Source of the DNA: Bacteroidota bacterium
Lineage (GTDB): Bacteria > Bacteroidota > Bacteroidia > Bacteroidales > B39-G9
Assembly (NCBI GenBank): GCA_015222055.1
Contig: JADFUR010000008.1
Span: forward strand, 26,056 to 90,055
DNA: 64,000 nt
Direction: 5' to 3'
The translations under genes were made by a program, and so were the position numbers. The notes under the pieces were generated by a model. That model saw nothing but the letters and a program-made list of their open reading frames with translations, did no database searches and was not told the DNA's origin. This document shows, in pieces, positions 29,883 to 38,729 of the stretch (position 1 is the first letter of the stretch; every line of letters starts with the position of its first letter).

Positions 29883-31336
29883 ACATTCTTAAAAAGTTGT
29901 TCTACAATTTCTTTATCGTCAAAATGTTTTTTCACGCCATTAATCTCTTGATAATTTTCGTGTCCTTTACCGGCAATTAAAATAATATCACTTTTTTTGG
30001 CAAACATATATGCTGTTTTTATTGCTTCTTTTCTATCGATAATTGAAATAGTATTTTTAATGAATATTGGTTGAATACCTTTTTTCATATCATTAATAAT
30101 ATCATTGGAATTTTCTGAACGAGGATTGTCCGAAGTTAGAATAACTTTATTACTCAAGGCAGAAACTATTTTGCCCATAATAGGTCTTTTAGTTTTATCT
30201 CTGTCGCCGCCAGCACCTACAACAGTAATTAGTTGCTCATTACCTGAACGAATTTGATTAATTGTAGTTAAAACATTTTTTAATGCATCGGGGGTGTGAG
30301 CATAATCAATAATAGCAGTAATGCCATTACTTGAACGAATATACTCAAAACGTCCTTTTACAGAATTTAAGCTACTGATATTTTGGAGAACCTCATATGA
30401 TTTTTGATCTAATAAAATGGCTGTTGAATAAACCGCCAACAAATTAGATGCATTAAAATCCCCTATCAACTTTGTCCACACTTCAATACCTTTAACATCA
30501 ATCAACATGCCTTCAAAATGGCTTTCTAAAACTCTGCACTTAAAATCAGCAAATGAATGAATGGCAAAAGAGTATTTTTTTGATTTGCAATTCTGAAGCA
30601 TAAACTCACCATTTCGGTCATCAATATTTGTCAATGCAAAAGCAGAATTTGGCAAATTATCAAAAAACATTTTTTTTGCATTAATATATTCTTTAAATGT
30701 TTTATGATAATCTAAATGGTCTTGAGTTATGTTTGTGAATATTCCTCCTTTAAAATTAAGTCCTGCAATTCTATTCTGCACAATTGAATGAGAACTTACT
30801 TCCATAAAACAATAATCGCAACCACTATCTACCATTCTATTTAGCAATTCATTTAACTTAATTGCATCTGGGGTTGTGTGTGTTGAAGCAACAATTTCTT
30901 CATCAACAATATTGCTAACAGTAGAAATTAGTCCAGATTTATAACCCAATTTCTTAAACAAATTGTGTAATAAAGTTGCAATAGTTGTTTTACCATTTGT
31001 TCCTGTAACACCTATTAATTTTAATTTTCCTGAAGGATTATCATAGAATTCCGAAGCAATGTACCCAAGTGCATAATGAGAATCAACAACAAGCACATAA
31101 GTAATTTCAGGTTTTATCTCTTTAGGTAACAATTCACATACTATTGCAACAGCACCTTTTTCTATTGCTTTTAAAATATAATTATGACCATCAGACTGAA
31201 CACCTTTCAAAGCAATAAATAATTGATTATTGCCTATTTTACGTGAATCAAAATTAATATCAGCAATATCAATATCTGCTCCACCAATAATTTTAGTAAC
31301 ATTAAGATTTTGTAATATTTTATTTAATGTTTTCAA
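29870..31336 (-). CDS. murE: UDP-N-acetylmuramoyl-L-alanyl-D-glutamate--2,6-diaminopimelate ligase
   Basis: GVTGTNGKTTIA and TSDNPRSEN. Length is 488 aa. Confidence 0.95.
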   Translation of the reverse strand: MKTLNKILQNLNVTKIIGGADIDIADINFDSRKIGNNQLFIALKGVQSDGHNYILKAIEKGAVAIVCELLPKEIKPEITYVLVVDSHYALGYIASEFYDNPSGKLKLIGVTGTNGKTTIATLLHNLFKKLGYKSGLISTVSNIVDEEIVASTHTTPDAIKLNELLNRMVDSGCDYCFMEVSSHSIVQNRIAGLNFKGGIFTNITQDHLDYHKTFKEYINAKKMFFDNLPNSAFALTNIDDRNGEFMLQNCKSKKYSFAIHSFADFKCRVLESHFEGMLIDVKGIEVWTKLIGDFNASNLLAVYSTAILLDQKSYEVLQNISSLNSVKGRFEYIRSSNGITAIIDYAHTPDALKNVLTTINQIRSGNEQLITVVGAGGDRDKTKRPIMGKIVSALSNKVILTSDNPRSENSNDIINDMKKGIQPIFIKNTISIIDRKEAIKTAYMFAKKSDIILIAGKGHENYQEINGVKKHFDDKEIVEQLFKNVLNC

Positions 31337-31340
31337 TGTT

Positions 31341-33482
31341 TTATATAAGTTTTAAAATTATTTCATTTCCTTTTCGAATTCTTGTTCCAGGTGAAATTGA
31401 TTGCTTATTAACGGACCCTGCACCTTCAACCAGAACTTTCAAGCCAATATTTTCAAGAATAAACAATGCATCTCTTATCCCCATACCTTTAACATTCGGG
31501 ACAAGTAAATTTTTAATAAATCTATTTTGGCACAAAACATTAGAATTAGTTTTTGTTGTCACTACCCAATCTGAATTAATGTCATTATGTAAAACCGGTA
31601 TTGATAAATCAGCACATACTCTATCCAAATCTTTTCCATAACCACTCTTTGAGTAGGGAATATTTTCTTTCAAAATGCTATTATTCATACTGCTTTGCAA
31701 ATTTATATCCGTTGAATATACTTTATCAGCAATTTCTTTAAAAACAGGGCCGGCAACCAAATTTCCATAATAAACATTATTTGATGGTGCATTAACTACA
31801 ACAATACAAGAATATTTTGGATTATCAGCAGGGAAATAACCTACAAATGAAGCCTGATAACTTACCTTTGACTGGTATTTATATCCATATTTTTTATTTG
31901 CAATTTGTGCCGTTCCAGTTTTACCCGCAATTTTATAATTACTATTCTTTAAATTTCTAGCAGTACCTTCTTCAACAGCACCCTCTAACATTTTTTTCAC
32001 TTTATTAATTGTAGATTTTGAGCATATTGAATGATTAATAACTTCTGTAGCAAATGTTTTAGTAATTTCGCCATGATATTTAATTGCTTTAACCAGTTTG
32101 GGTTTTACTAATATTCCATCGTTAGCAACAGCATTATAAAAAGTAAGTATTTGCAGAGGTGTAGACCTAATCTCATAGCCAATAGACATTTGTGGCAATG
32201 ATATACCAGACCATAATGTATCACCCGGATATTTTATATATGGCTTACCTTCTCCCTTAATTTCAATACCTGTTGTTTCGTTAAGATGCATACTATAAAG
32301 ACGCTTAACAAATTTCTTTTCATTATTAGAATAATATTTTGTAATAATTTTAGAAACTCCAACATTTGAAGAAACTTCAAACACTTGTTTAACAGTTATT
32401 TTCCCGTGCCCACCTCGTTTAGAATCTCTAACAGGGAAACCATGATACTTTACAAGCCCACCACCAGTTTCTATACTATCATCCAAATCTACATATCCAT
32501 CTTCTAAAGCAACAATCAAAGAAGCTAATTTAAAAGTTGACCCTGGTTCTGTGCTTTCTCCAATAGCATAATTATACTCTTCTTGAAAATTTCCAAATTT
32601 ATCTCTTGTTAAATTTGCAATTGCTCTTATTTCTCCAGTTTTAACTTCCATCAACACAACACATCCGTGACCTGCATTATGCTTTTTTAATTGACTTAAC
32701 AGTGCGTTTTGAGCTACATCCTGAATATTTATATCAATAGTTGTAATAATATCTTTCCCGTCTTGAGACTCTATTTGATTCTCATCTTTTATAGGCATCC
32801 ACACATTTGAGGAGATTTTTTGCATTAGCTTTACACCATTAACTCCTTTTAAATCGCGGTTATAAGCACCTTCAACTCCAACTATTGTTCCTGATTCGCC
32901 TTTATTTAAATATCCTATTGTTCGTGAAGCTAAATTTACAAAGGGCTGTATTCGTTTATTTTCTTGAGAATAAATAAAGCCTCCTTTATATCTACCAAGT
33001 CTAAATAATGGAAAATTTTTTAATTGTTTTAATTTCTTATAATTCACTTTTCGCTTTATTAAGTGATACCGCTCACATCTATATCGTGCACTAATAAGTT
33101 GGCGCTTATATTCAGACTTTGTTTTATCAGCAAACAAACGAGACAAACTTATTGCAAGAGAATCTATATTGTCATTAAATATTTTATTAGTAATAGCCTC
33201 ACTCTTTAAATCCATTCTAATCTCGTAATAAGGAACAGAGCTTGCCAATAATCTTCCATCTTCTGCACAAATATCTCCTCTATTGGCTTCAATAGTGATA
33301 TCTTTCATTGTTAGAGTATTTGCCTTGTCCCATTTATTTTTTTCAACGGTCTGCAAATATCCTACTCTGCCTATTATTACAATTGCAAAAACAATCATAA
33401 ATACATAAACAAAGCCAACTCTAATTAATATGTCTTTTTTTACATCCATTAATTCACAAGACTTATTATTTAATAATCCCAA
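31341..33482 (-). CDS. ftsI: Class B penicillin-binding protein FtsI (PBP3) with a C-terminal PASTA domain
   Basis: Transpeptidase boxes GSTFKL, SSNVG and GKTGTA. The PASTA-like tail is VPNVKGMGIRDALFILENIGLKV. The true start may be the internal MDVKKD. Confidence 0.92.
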   Translation of the reverse strand: MGLLNNKSCELMDVKKDILIRVGFVYVFMIVFAIVIIGRVGYLQTVEKNKWDKANTLTMKDITIEANRGDICAEDGRLLASSVPYYEIRMDLKSEAITNKIFNDNIDSLAISLSRLFADKTKSEYKRQLISARYRCERYHLIKRKVNYKKLKQLKNFPLFRLGRYKGGFIYSQENKRIQPFVNLASRTIGYLNKGESGTIVGVEGAYNRDLKGVNGVKLMQKISSNVWMPIKDENQIESQDGKDIITTIDINIQDVAQNALLSQLKKHNAGHGCVVLMEVKTGEIRAIANLTRDKFGNFQEEYNYAIGESTEPGSTFKLASLIVALEDGYVDLDDSIETGGGLVKYHGFPVRDSKRGGHGKITVKQVFEVSSNVGVSKIITKYYSNNEKKFVKRLYSMHLNETTGIEIKGEGKPYIKYPGDTLWSGISLPQMSIGYEIRSTPLQILTFYNAVANDGILVKPKLVKAIKYHGEITKTFATEVINHSICSKSTINKVKKMLEGAVEEGTARNLKNSNYKIAGKTGTAQIANKKYGYKYQSKVSYQASFVGYFPADNPKYSCIVVVNAPSNNVYYGNLVAGPVFKEIADKVYSTDINLQSSMNNSILKENIPYSKSGYGKDLDRVCADLSIPVLHNDINSDWVVTTKTNSNVLCQNRFIKNLLVPNVKGMGIRDALFILENIGLKVLVEGAGSVNKQSISPGTRIRKGNEIILKLI

Positions 33483-33843
33483 TTTTTTTTGGTGGCACTA
33501 CAGCTTCTTTCAAATTCAAGCCCTTTTCCTCAACAAGCTTAGCCACTTCCGATTGCTTACTAATATACATTAACTCAGAAGTTGTTGTAATTGCTTCGGC
33601 TCGTAATTCCTTCACTTCATTCTTTAAAATAATCGTTTCCCTAACAATCTTTTCTGCTTGATATCGATTTCCTATATATAATATTGCTACTATTGAAAGA
33701 AATAAAACATATGGTATTTGTTTAATAACATTCTCGCTTGTTAAAAAATTACCGCCAATAAAATCTTTAATAGATCCTTTCTTACTATTTGTAGAAACAG
33801 AATCTAACTCTTCAAAAGTTTTATCGTTATTTAAATCCCTCAC
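33466..33843 (-). CDS. ftsL: FtsL-like cell division protein
   Basis: 125 aa, a single TM (IPYVLFLSIVAILYIG) followed by a coiled-coil segment, located between rsmH and ftsI. Confidence 0.7.
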   Translation of the reverse strand: MRDLNNDKTFEELDSVSTNSKKGSIKDFIGGNFLTSENVIKQIPYVLFLSIVAILYIGNRYQAEKIVRETIILKNEVKELRAEAITTTSELMYISKQSEVAKLVEEKGLNLKEAVVPPKKIGIIK

Positions 33844-33861
33844 AATATTTTATTAAATTTA

Positions 33862-34761
33862 TTACAAATGTTGAGCAACCCGAAGTTTCGCACTTCTTGC
33901 TCTTACATTAATTTCAACTTCGTTTTCGTTTGGTATAATTACTTTTCTATTAATTGCATTAAATGGAACTTGAAAATTTCCATAAAAATCTTTTTCAACC
34001 TCACCTTCAAACTTTCCCTTTTTAATATAATTTTTAACTAATCTATCTTCAATAGAGTGATAAGTAATTACCACTAAGCGACCATCTTTTTTTATAACAT
34101 CACCTGATTGCAATAGCAATTCTTTTAAAGAATCTACCTCCCCATTTACTTCAATACGCAAAGCCTGAAAAACTTTTGATAAATATTTATTCTCTTTGTT
34201 TTTGGGCATGCAACTACTAATAATTTCTTTGAACTGACTAATAGTCTTTATTTCGTTCTGTTTTCTGTAGTTTACAATTACATTAACTAACTTTGAGGTG
34301 TTTTTAATTTCACCATATAATTTAAAAATTGAATATAGTTGTTTTTCATGATAAACATTTAAAACATGCTTTGCTGTAATAGACGATTTTTGATTCATTC
34401 TCATGTCGAGTTCTCCATCATATCTGTATGAAAATCCTCGCTCGGCAACATCAAAATGATGAGAAGAAACACCTAAATCAGCTAACAATCCGTCAACTTT
34501 TCCAATATTATAATATCTTAAAAAATTTTTAAGATATTTGAAATTATGATTAACAAATAATAAACGTTGATCGTTAATAACATTTGGTATCGCATCTTTA
34601 TCTTGGTCAAATGCTATTAACCTGCCAGTTGTTAATTTTTTTAAAATTTCTATTGAATGACCTCCACCTCCGTAAGTAACATCAACATAAGTTCCCTCTG
34701 GATTAATATTTAATCCGTCGATACTCTCTTTTAGAAGTACAGGTATGTGATATGCTTTCAT
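33862..34761 (-). CDS. rsmH: 16S rRNA (cytosine1402-N4)-methyltransferase
   Basis: YHIPVLLKESIDGL and TYGGGGHS. Confidence 0.95.
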   Translation of the reverse strand: MKAYHIPVLLKESIDGLNINPEGTYVDVTYGGGGHSIEILKKLTTGRLIAFDQDKDAIPNVINDQRLLFVNHNFKYLKNFLRYYNIGKVDGLLADLGVSSHHFDVAERGFSYRYDGELDMRMNQKSSITAKHVLNVYHEKQLYSIFKLYGEIKNTSKLVNVIVNYRKQNEIKTISQFKEIISSCMPKNKENKYLSKVFQALRIEVNGEVDSLKELLLQSGDVIKKDGRLVVITYHSIEDRLVKNYIKKGKFEGEVEKDFYGNFQVPFNAINRKVIIPNENEVEINVRARSAKLRVAQHL

Positions 34762-35228
34762 TATTCTTCAAATTGATCAATTTCCCCATCCATAATTTTC
34801 TCCGCCAATTCTGCGAAATCATCTTCATCGCCAACTATATCATTATATAAATCCTTATCCCAAATTTCTATTTTACCATCTTGCCCTGCCAATATTACTT
34901 CTTTATCTATTCCAACTACTTCAAGCAAACGTTTTGGAACTAAAAAGCGATTATTTCCGTCCAATATAATTTCAGCTGTTCCCTTATAAAAGCCTCTTAA
35001 AAATTTATTATGCTCTTTTTTATAAGGATTAATTTTACTGCGAATAATTTTGTTTTGACGCTCCCATTCTTCAATAGGAAAAAGAATCAAGCATTTTTCA
35101 AAAAGATCCTTTTTTATAACAAACTTTATATCAACAGATGATTTCATCTGCCTTTTCAAAGTAGAAGGTAGCATTATTCTACCCTTTACGTCTACCTTAC
35201 ATGGATAATCTCCTATAAATGTTGTCAT
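34761..35228 (-). CDS. mraZ: Transcriptional regulator MraZ
   Basis: Two SpoVT/AbrB-like halves, VDVKGRIMLP and LDGNNRFLVP. I place the start at the ATG at 35226-35228 (MTTFIGDY..). The ORF track begins at a GTG at 35282, which would put the operator-like repeats inside the coding sequence. Confidence 0.9.
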   Translation of the reverse strand: MTTFIGDYPCKVDVKGRIMLPSTLKRQMKSSVDIKFVIKKDLFEKCLILFPIEEWERQNKIIRSKINPYKKEHNKFLRGFYKGTAEIILDGNNRFLVPKRLLEVVGIDKEVILAGQDGKIEIWDKDLYNDIVGDEDDFAELAEKIMDGEIDQFEE

Positions 35229-35266
35229 TACAAAATGTTTCTTGAATGTAAAAATAAGAAATTTTT

Positions 35267-35292
35267 CACCACTTTCAACCACAATTTACCAT
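35267..35292 (-). promoter_or_regulatory. Candidate MraZ operator: three direct repeats with 10-bp phasing
   Basis: The minus strand reads ATGGTAAATT GTGGTTGAAA GTGGTGAAAA. The plus-strand cores are CACCAC 35267-72, AACCAC 35277-82 and TACCAT 35287-92. The site is 39-64 nt upstream of the mraZ ATG. Confidence 0.4.
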
Positions 35293-35413
35293 ATTTTTAC
35301 ACAATTGTTGATAACTTTTTCACCAAACGAACCCCCTTCCACACAAATAACTGTTTTCTAGAATATTAAATAAGAATTAAAAAAATTATTTTTTTTAAAT
35401 TAGCAGAGATTTT

Positions 35414-35433
35414 TTTTATTATCTTCGTAAATT
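35414..35433 (+). promoter_or_regulatory. 20-nt motif TTTTATTATCTTCGTAAATT upstream of the acyltransferase pair (identical copy at 16702..16721)
   Basis: An exact 20-mer repeat, 15 nt before the ATG at 35449, in the divergent region shared with mraZ. Confidence 0.4.
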
Positions 35434-35448
35434 AAAATTTAATTTTTT

Positions 35449-36288
35449 ATGGAAATAGAATTGCTTCAAAACCAAAGACAAATTATTGATGTTGAAGATG
35501 TTATTAAAAATAAAAATTCAAGACTAATAAAAATTCTGCCTAAATTTTTAATAAATTACATAAAAAAAATTATTTGTCAAGACAAAATTAACTTCTCTCT
35601 CACAAAACATTCAAAAACAGAGGGATTTGAATTTTTTGATAATATTTTAAACGATTTTGGCGTTAAGTACTCAATAATTGGTGGAAAAAATATTCCAAAA
35701 TCAGGAAAATTCATTTTTGTCTCAAATCATCCACTTGGAGGCATTGATGGAATAATTTTTCTTAGTGCAATATCGAAATTTTTTAAAAAAATTAAATTTC
35801 CGGTAAACGATATACTCTTAAATATTGAAAAATTTAAAACTATTTTTTTACCAATAAACAAACATGGCAAACAAAGTCGTCAAGCTGTTATAGATATTAA
35901 TAATGCATACAACTCAGATGCACAAATTTTATACTTTCCAGCAGGATTATGCTCACGTAAAATTAAAGGAAAAATAACCGATCTCAAATGGCAAAAAAAT
36001 TTCATACGTCAAGCAATTAAAAACGAGAGAGATATTATTCCTGTGCATATTGATGGGAAAAATTCAAACTTTTTTTATAACTTATCAAACCTTAGAAAAT
36101 TTCTACGTATAAAAACAAATATTGAAATGTTTTTTTTACCTAAAGAAATGTTTAAACAAAAATCAAAAAGGAATATTTTACATATAGGGAAACCTATTTC
36201 ATATAAATTATTTCTAAACCAATCAAAAACCTTAGGGCAATGGACAGAATATGTTAGAAATAAAACATATTCTCTTGCAAAAGAATAA
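35449..36288 (+). CDS. PlsC-type lysolipid O-acyltransferase (GlsA/OlsA-like, amino-acid-lipid synthesis)
   Basis: Acyltransferase box FVSNHPLGGIDGIIFL and ..YFPAGLCSR.. It lies directly upstream of the N-acyltransferase gene. Confidence 0.7.
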   Translation: MEIELLQNQRQIIDVEDVIKNKNSRLIKILPKFLINYIKKIICQDKINFSLTKHSKTEGFEFFDNILNDFGVKYSIIGGKNIPKSGKFIFVSNHPLGGIDGIIFLSAISKFFKKIKFPVNDILLNIEKFKTIFLPINKHGKQSRQAVIDINNAYNSDAQILYFPAGLCSRKIKGKITDLKWQKNFIRQAIKNERDIIPVHIDGKNSNFFYNLSNLRKFLRIKTNIEMFFLPKEMFKQKSKRNILHIGKPISYKLFLNQSKTLGQWTEYVRNKTYSLAKE

Positions 36289-36318
36289 AAACTTTAACTA
36301 TTATAATTAATTAAAAAA

Positions 36319-37308
36319 ATGCAACAAATAATTTTCCCGGTTTCTACAAGCGAACTTTTAAAAGAACTAACAGACGACAAATTTGTTAGAGATACAAACA
36401 AAGCAAAAAATAAAATATACATATTTTCGCATCATGATTCTCCAAACCTAATGCGAGAGGTTGGCAGATTAAGAGAAATTTCATTTCGAGAAGCAGGAGG
36501 AGGAACAGGAAACGAACTTGATGTTGACAAATTTGACACTTCCGAAAAACCTTACAAACAATTAATTGTTTGGGATCCAAAAGCAAACAAAATTGTTGGT
36601 GGTTATCGATTTATATTAACTAAAGATGCTCCCAAAGATAAAAATGGAACTCCAATTCTAGCAACTTCAAGATTATTTAAGTTTTCGGATAAATTTAATA
36701 ATGATTATTTGCCTTATATAATTGAGCTTGGAAGATCATTTATTCAACCCGATTATCAATCAGTAAAATTACATACAAAAAGCATTTTTTCTTTAGACAA
36801 TTTATGGGATGGATTAGGAGCTTTAATTGTTGATAATCCCGAAATAAAATATTTTTTTGGTAAAGTAACCATGTATCCTCATTATAAAAAAGAAGCACGA
36901 AATTTACTTTTATTCTTTATTAATAAATATTTTAATGATGATGAAAACCTAATTTCTCTAATCAAACCACTAGAAATTAATTGGGAAACTGAAAAATACA
37001 ACAAACTCTTTTCGCATAATTCATATAAAGAAAACTACAAAATATTATCAAAAAAAATTCGCACATATGGAGAAAACATACCTCCTCTTGTTAATGCATA
37101 TATGAATCTTTCACCAAATATGAAAACTTTTGGCACATCAATTAATCCTCATTTTGGTGATGTTGAAGAAACAGCTATTTTGATTTCGATAAAAGATGCT
37201 TACGAAGCTAAAATCAACAGGCACCTTATTTCTTATAGAATATTTTTAGAAAACTTCAAAAAAAACATTCTACACAAGTCCCCTAATCAAAATCAAAAAC
37301 TTAATTAA
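36319..37308 (+). CDS. OlsB/GlsB-like N-acyltransferase (hemolysin-like GNAT; N-acyl glycine/ornithine lipid synthase)
   Basis: ..MREVGRLREISFREAGGGTGNELDVDKFD.. and ..LGRSFIQPDYQ.. are as I recall for the OlsB/commendamide-synthase family. It is paired with an O-acyltransferase, as in the Bacteroides glsA/glsB locus. Confidence 0.7.
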   Translation: MQQIIFPVSTSELLKELTDDKFVRDTNKAKNKIYIFSHHDSPNLMREVGRLREISFREAGGGTGNELDVDKFDTSEKPYKQLIVWDPKANKIVGGYRFILTKDAPKDKNGTPILATSRLFKFSDKFNNDYLPYIIELGRSFIQPDYQSVKLHTKSIFSLDNLWDGLGALIVDNPEIKYFFGKVTMYPHYKKEARNLLLFFINKYFNDDENLISLIKPLEINWETEKYNKLFSHNSYKENYKILSKKIRTYGENIPPLVNAYMNLSPNMKTFGTSINPHFGDVEETAILISIKDAYEAKINRHLISYRIFLENFKKNILHKSPNQNQKLN

Positions 37309-37346
37309 TTACTGTCTTTTTAAATAAAAAAACTCTAATTATTTAT

Positions 37347-37383
37347 AAAAAAAACGGAGGCTTGAAAAAGCTTCCGTTTTTTT
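37347..37383. terminator. Bidirectional terminator between convergent genes
   Basis: An A8 run, a stem ACGGAGGCTT/AAGCTTCCGT (one G-U pair) around a GAAA-type loop, then a T7 run. Confidence 0.75.
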
Positions 37384-37401
37384 GTTATTTCTAATTAATT
37401 A

Positions 37402-38544
37402 TTATTTAACTAATAATCTTTTACTATAACTTTTGTTTGATGATGAGATATTAATAATATGATAACCCAATGATTTAAAAACATCTGAATCAAGAGACAA
37501 GTCGATTGTACCATCAAAACCCGAATAAAATTTATTAGAATACTCTACTTTTCCAAAAATATTAACAACTTTTACATAAACTTCTTCATTCTCATTAAAA
37601 CCTTTAATTTTCACTTTAACATTTTCGAAATTCCTCATAACTGGATTTGGAAATACATTCATATCTTGAGCTACTGTTTCTTTTTGAGTCTTCACAACAA
37701 TTAATGAAGAATATTCAAATTGACCGTCATAATCAGTTTGTTTTAGTCTGTAATAAGATATTCCTTGTAAAAAATTATTGTCTATCGTTTGATATTCTAT
37801 TACATCGTTGCTATTTCCTGCACCACTAACAATGCCAATTATCTCAAAATCAATTCCATTGTAAGACCTCTCTATTGAGAAATAATCATTGTTTATTTCT
37901 GATGCTGTTACCCAATTAATAATAACTTGATTGTTATTTAAAAATGCTTTAAATGATATTAATTTAATTGGAAGGGTATTAATCTGATCATCGCCTACAA
38001 CATCTCCTGAAACGTTTCCACCAACAATAACGGAACCCTCGCCAAGTATCTCTCCAGAAGGTGCTGTCAGATCTCCAGTTACGGTTAAACTACCACCTGT
38101 TGTGCCATCTAAATCAACTGTAATTTTTGCACCTTTACCAAGATCTAAGTTGCCGTCAATAGTTGCTTCACCATCTATCGTTAGATCAGCATCTTTGGCA
38201 ACTGTAAAATTGCCATCAATAGTTAGTGAGCCACCATCTAATACATTTAGAATGAAATCTTTATGTGCTTCAGCGGCATCTATTTCAACATTTAATAATG
38301 TATTTATAATTAATTCAGCATCTTCTTCAATTATAATTTCAGTTGCTTTGCTAAAAATTAAGTTGGTACCCGTTACAATTGTACCAGCTGAGATTGTAAT
38401 AGTATTTTCTTTTGAACCATCAGGAATAAGGCCTCCGACCCATGTCGCTGAAGATGTCCAATCTCCAGTTTTAACAGATGTGTAATTGTCTGCAAATAAA
38501 ATAACCGGGAATAAAAGACTAAATATTAAAATTAACTTTTTCAT
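37402..38544 (-). CDS. Secreted beta-helix-like protein with a T9SS C-terminal sorting domain
   Basis: Signal peptide MKKLILIFSLLFPVILFA, then repetitive G/T/D-rich turns (..LTIDGNFTVAKDADLTIDGEATIDGNLDLGKGAKITVDLDG..). The CTD is VFPNPV..YHIINISSSNKSYSKRLLVK. Confidence 0.8.
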   Translation of the reverse strand: MKKLILIFSLLFPVILFADNYTSVKTGDWTSSATWVGGLIPDGSKENTITISAGTIVTGTNLIFSKATEIIIEEDAELIINTLLNVEIDAAEAHKDFILNVLDGGSLTIDGNFTVAKDADLTIDGEATIDGNLDLGKGAKITVDLDGTTGGSLTVTGDLTAPSGEILGEGSVIVGGNVSGDVVGDDQINTLPIKLISFKAFLNNNQVIINWVTASEINNDYFSIERSYNGIDFEIIGIVSGAGNSNDVIEYQTIDNNFLQGISYYRLKQTDYDGQFEYSSLIVVKTQKETVAQDMNVFPNPVMRNFENVKVKIKGFNENEEVYVKVVNIFGKVEYSNKFYSGFDGTIDLSLDSDVFKSLGYHIINISSSNKSYSKRLLVK

Positions 38545-38729
38545 AATTTCTATGTTTTTTACATGAACGCATTAATATATGAATATACGTACACAACATA
38601 GCATAAGTCAAAAAGCATTGATTAACAATCAATATGTTTTGATTATTAGCAAGAATAACCTGACGAATAATTTTAATTATCATCAGGTTATTCTTAATAT
38701 AAAAAAACACTAAATGGATTAGTTTAAAA

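Noticed and set aside
35229-35282. The GTG-initiated 5' extension of mraZ given by the ORF track (MVESGEKFLIFTFKKHFV-).
   Set aside because: MraZ proteins start close to the first DxKGR half-site. The extension would also swallow the phased operator-like repeats. The ATG at 35228 gives a canonical 155-aa product.
18939-35282. The absence of murF and ddl from the dcw cluster as an anomaly.
   Set aside because: To my knowledge the murE-mraY adjacency without murF is the normal Bacteroidota arrangement. Only the inserted four-helix-bundle gene is unusual.
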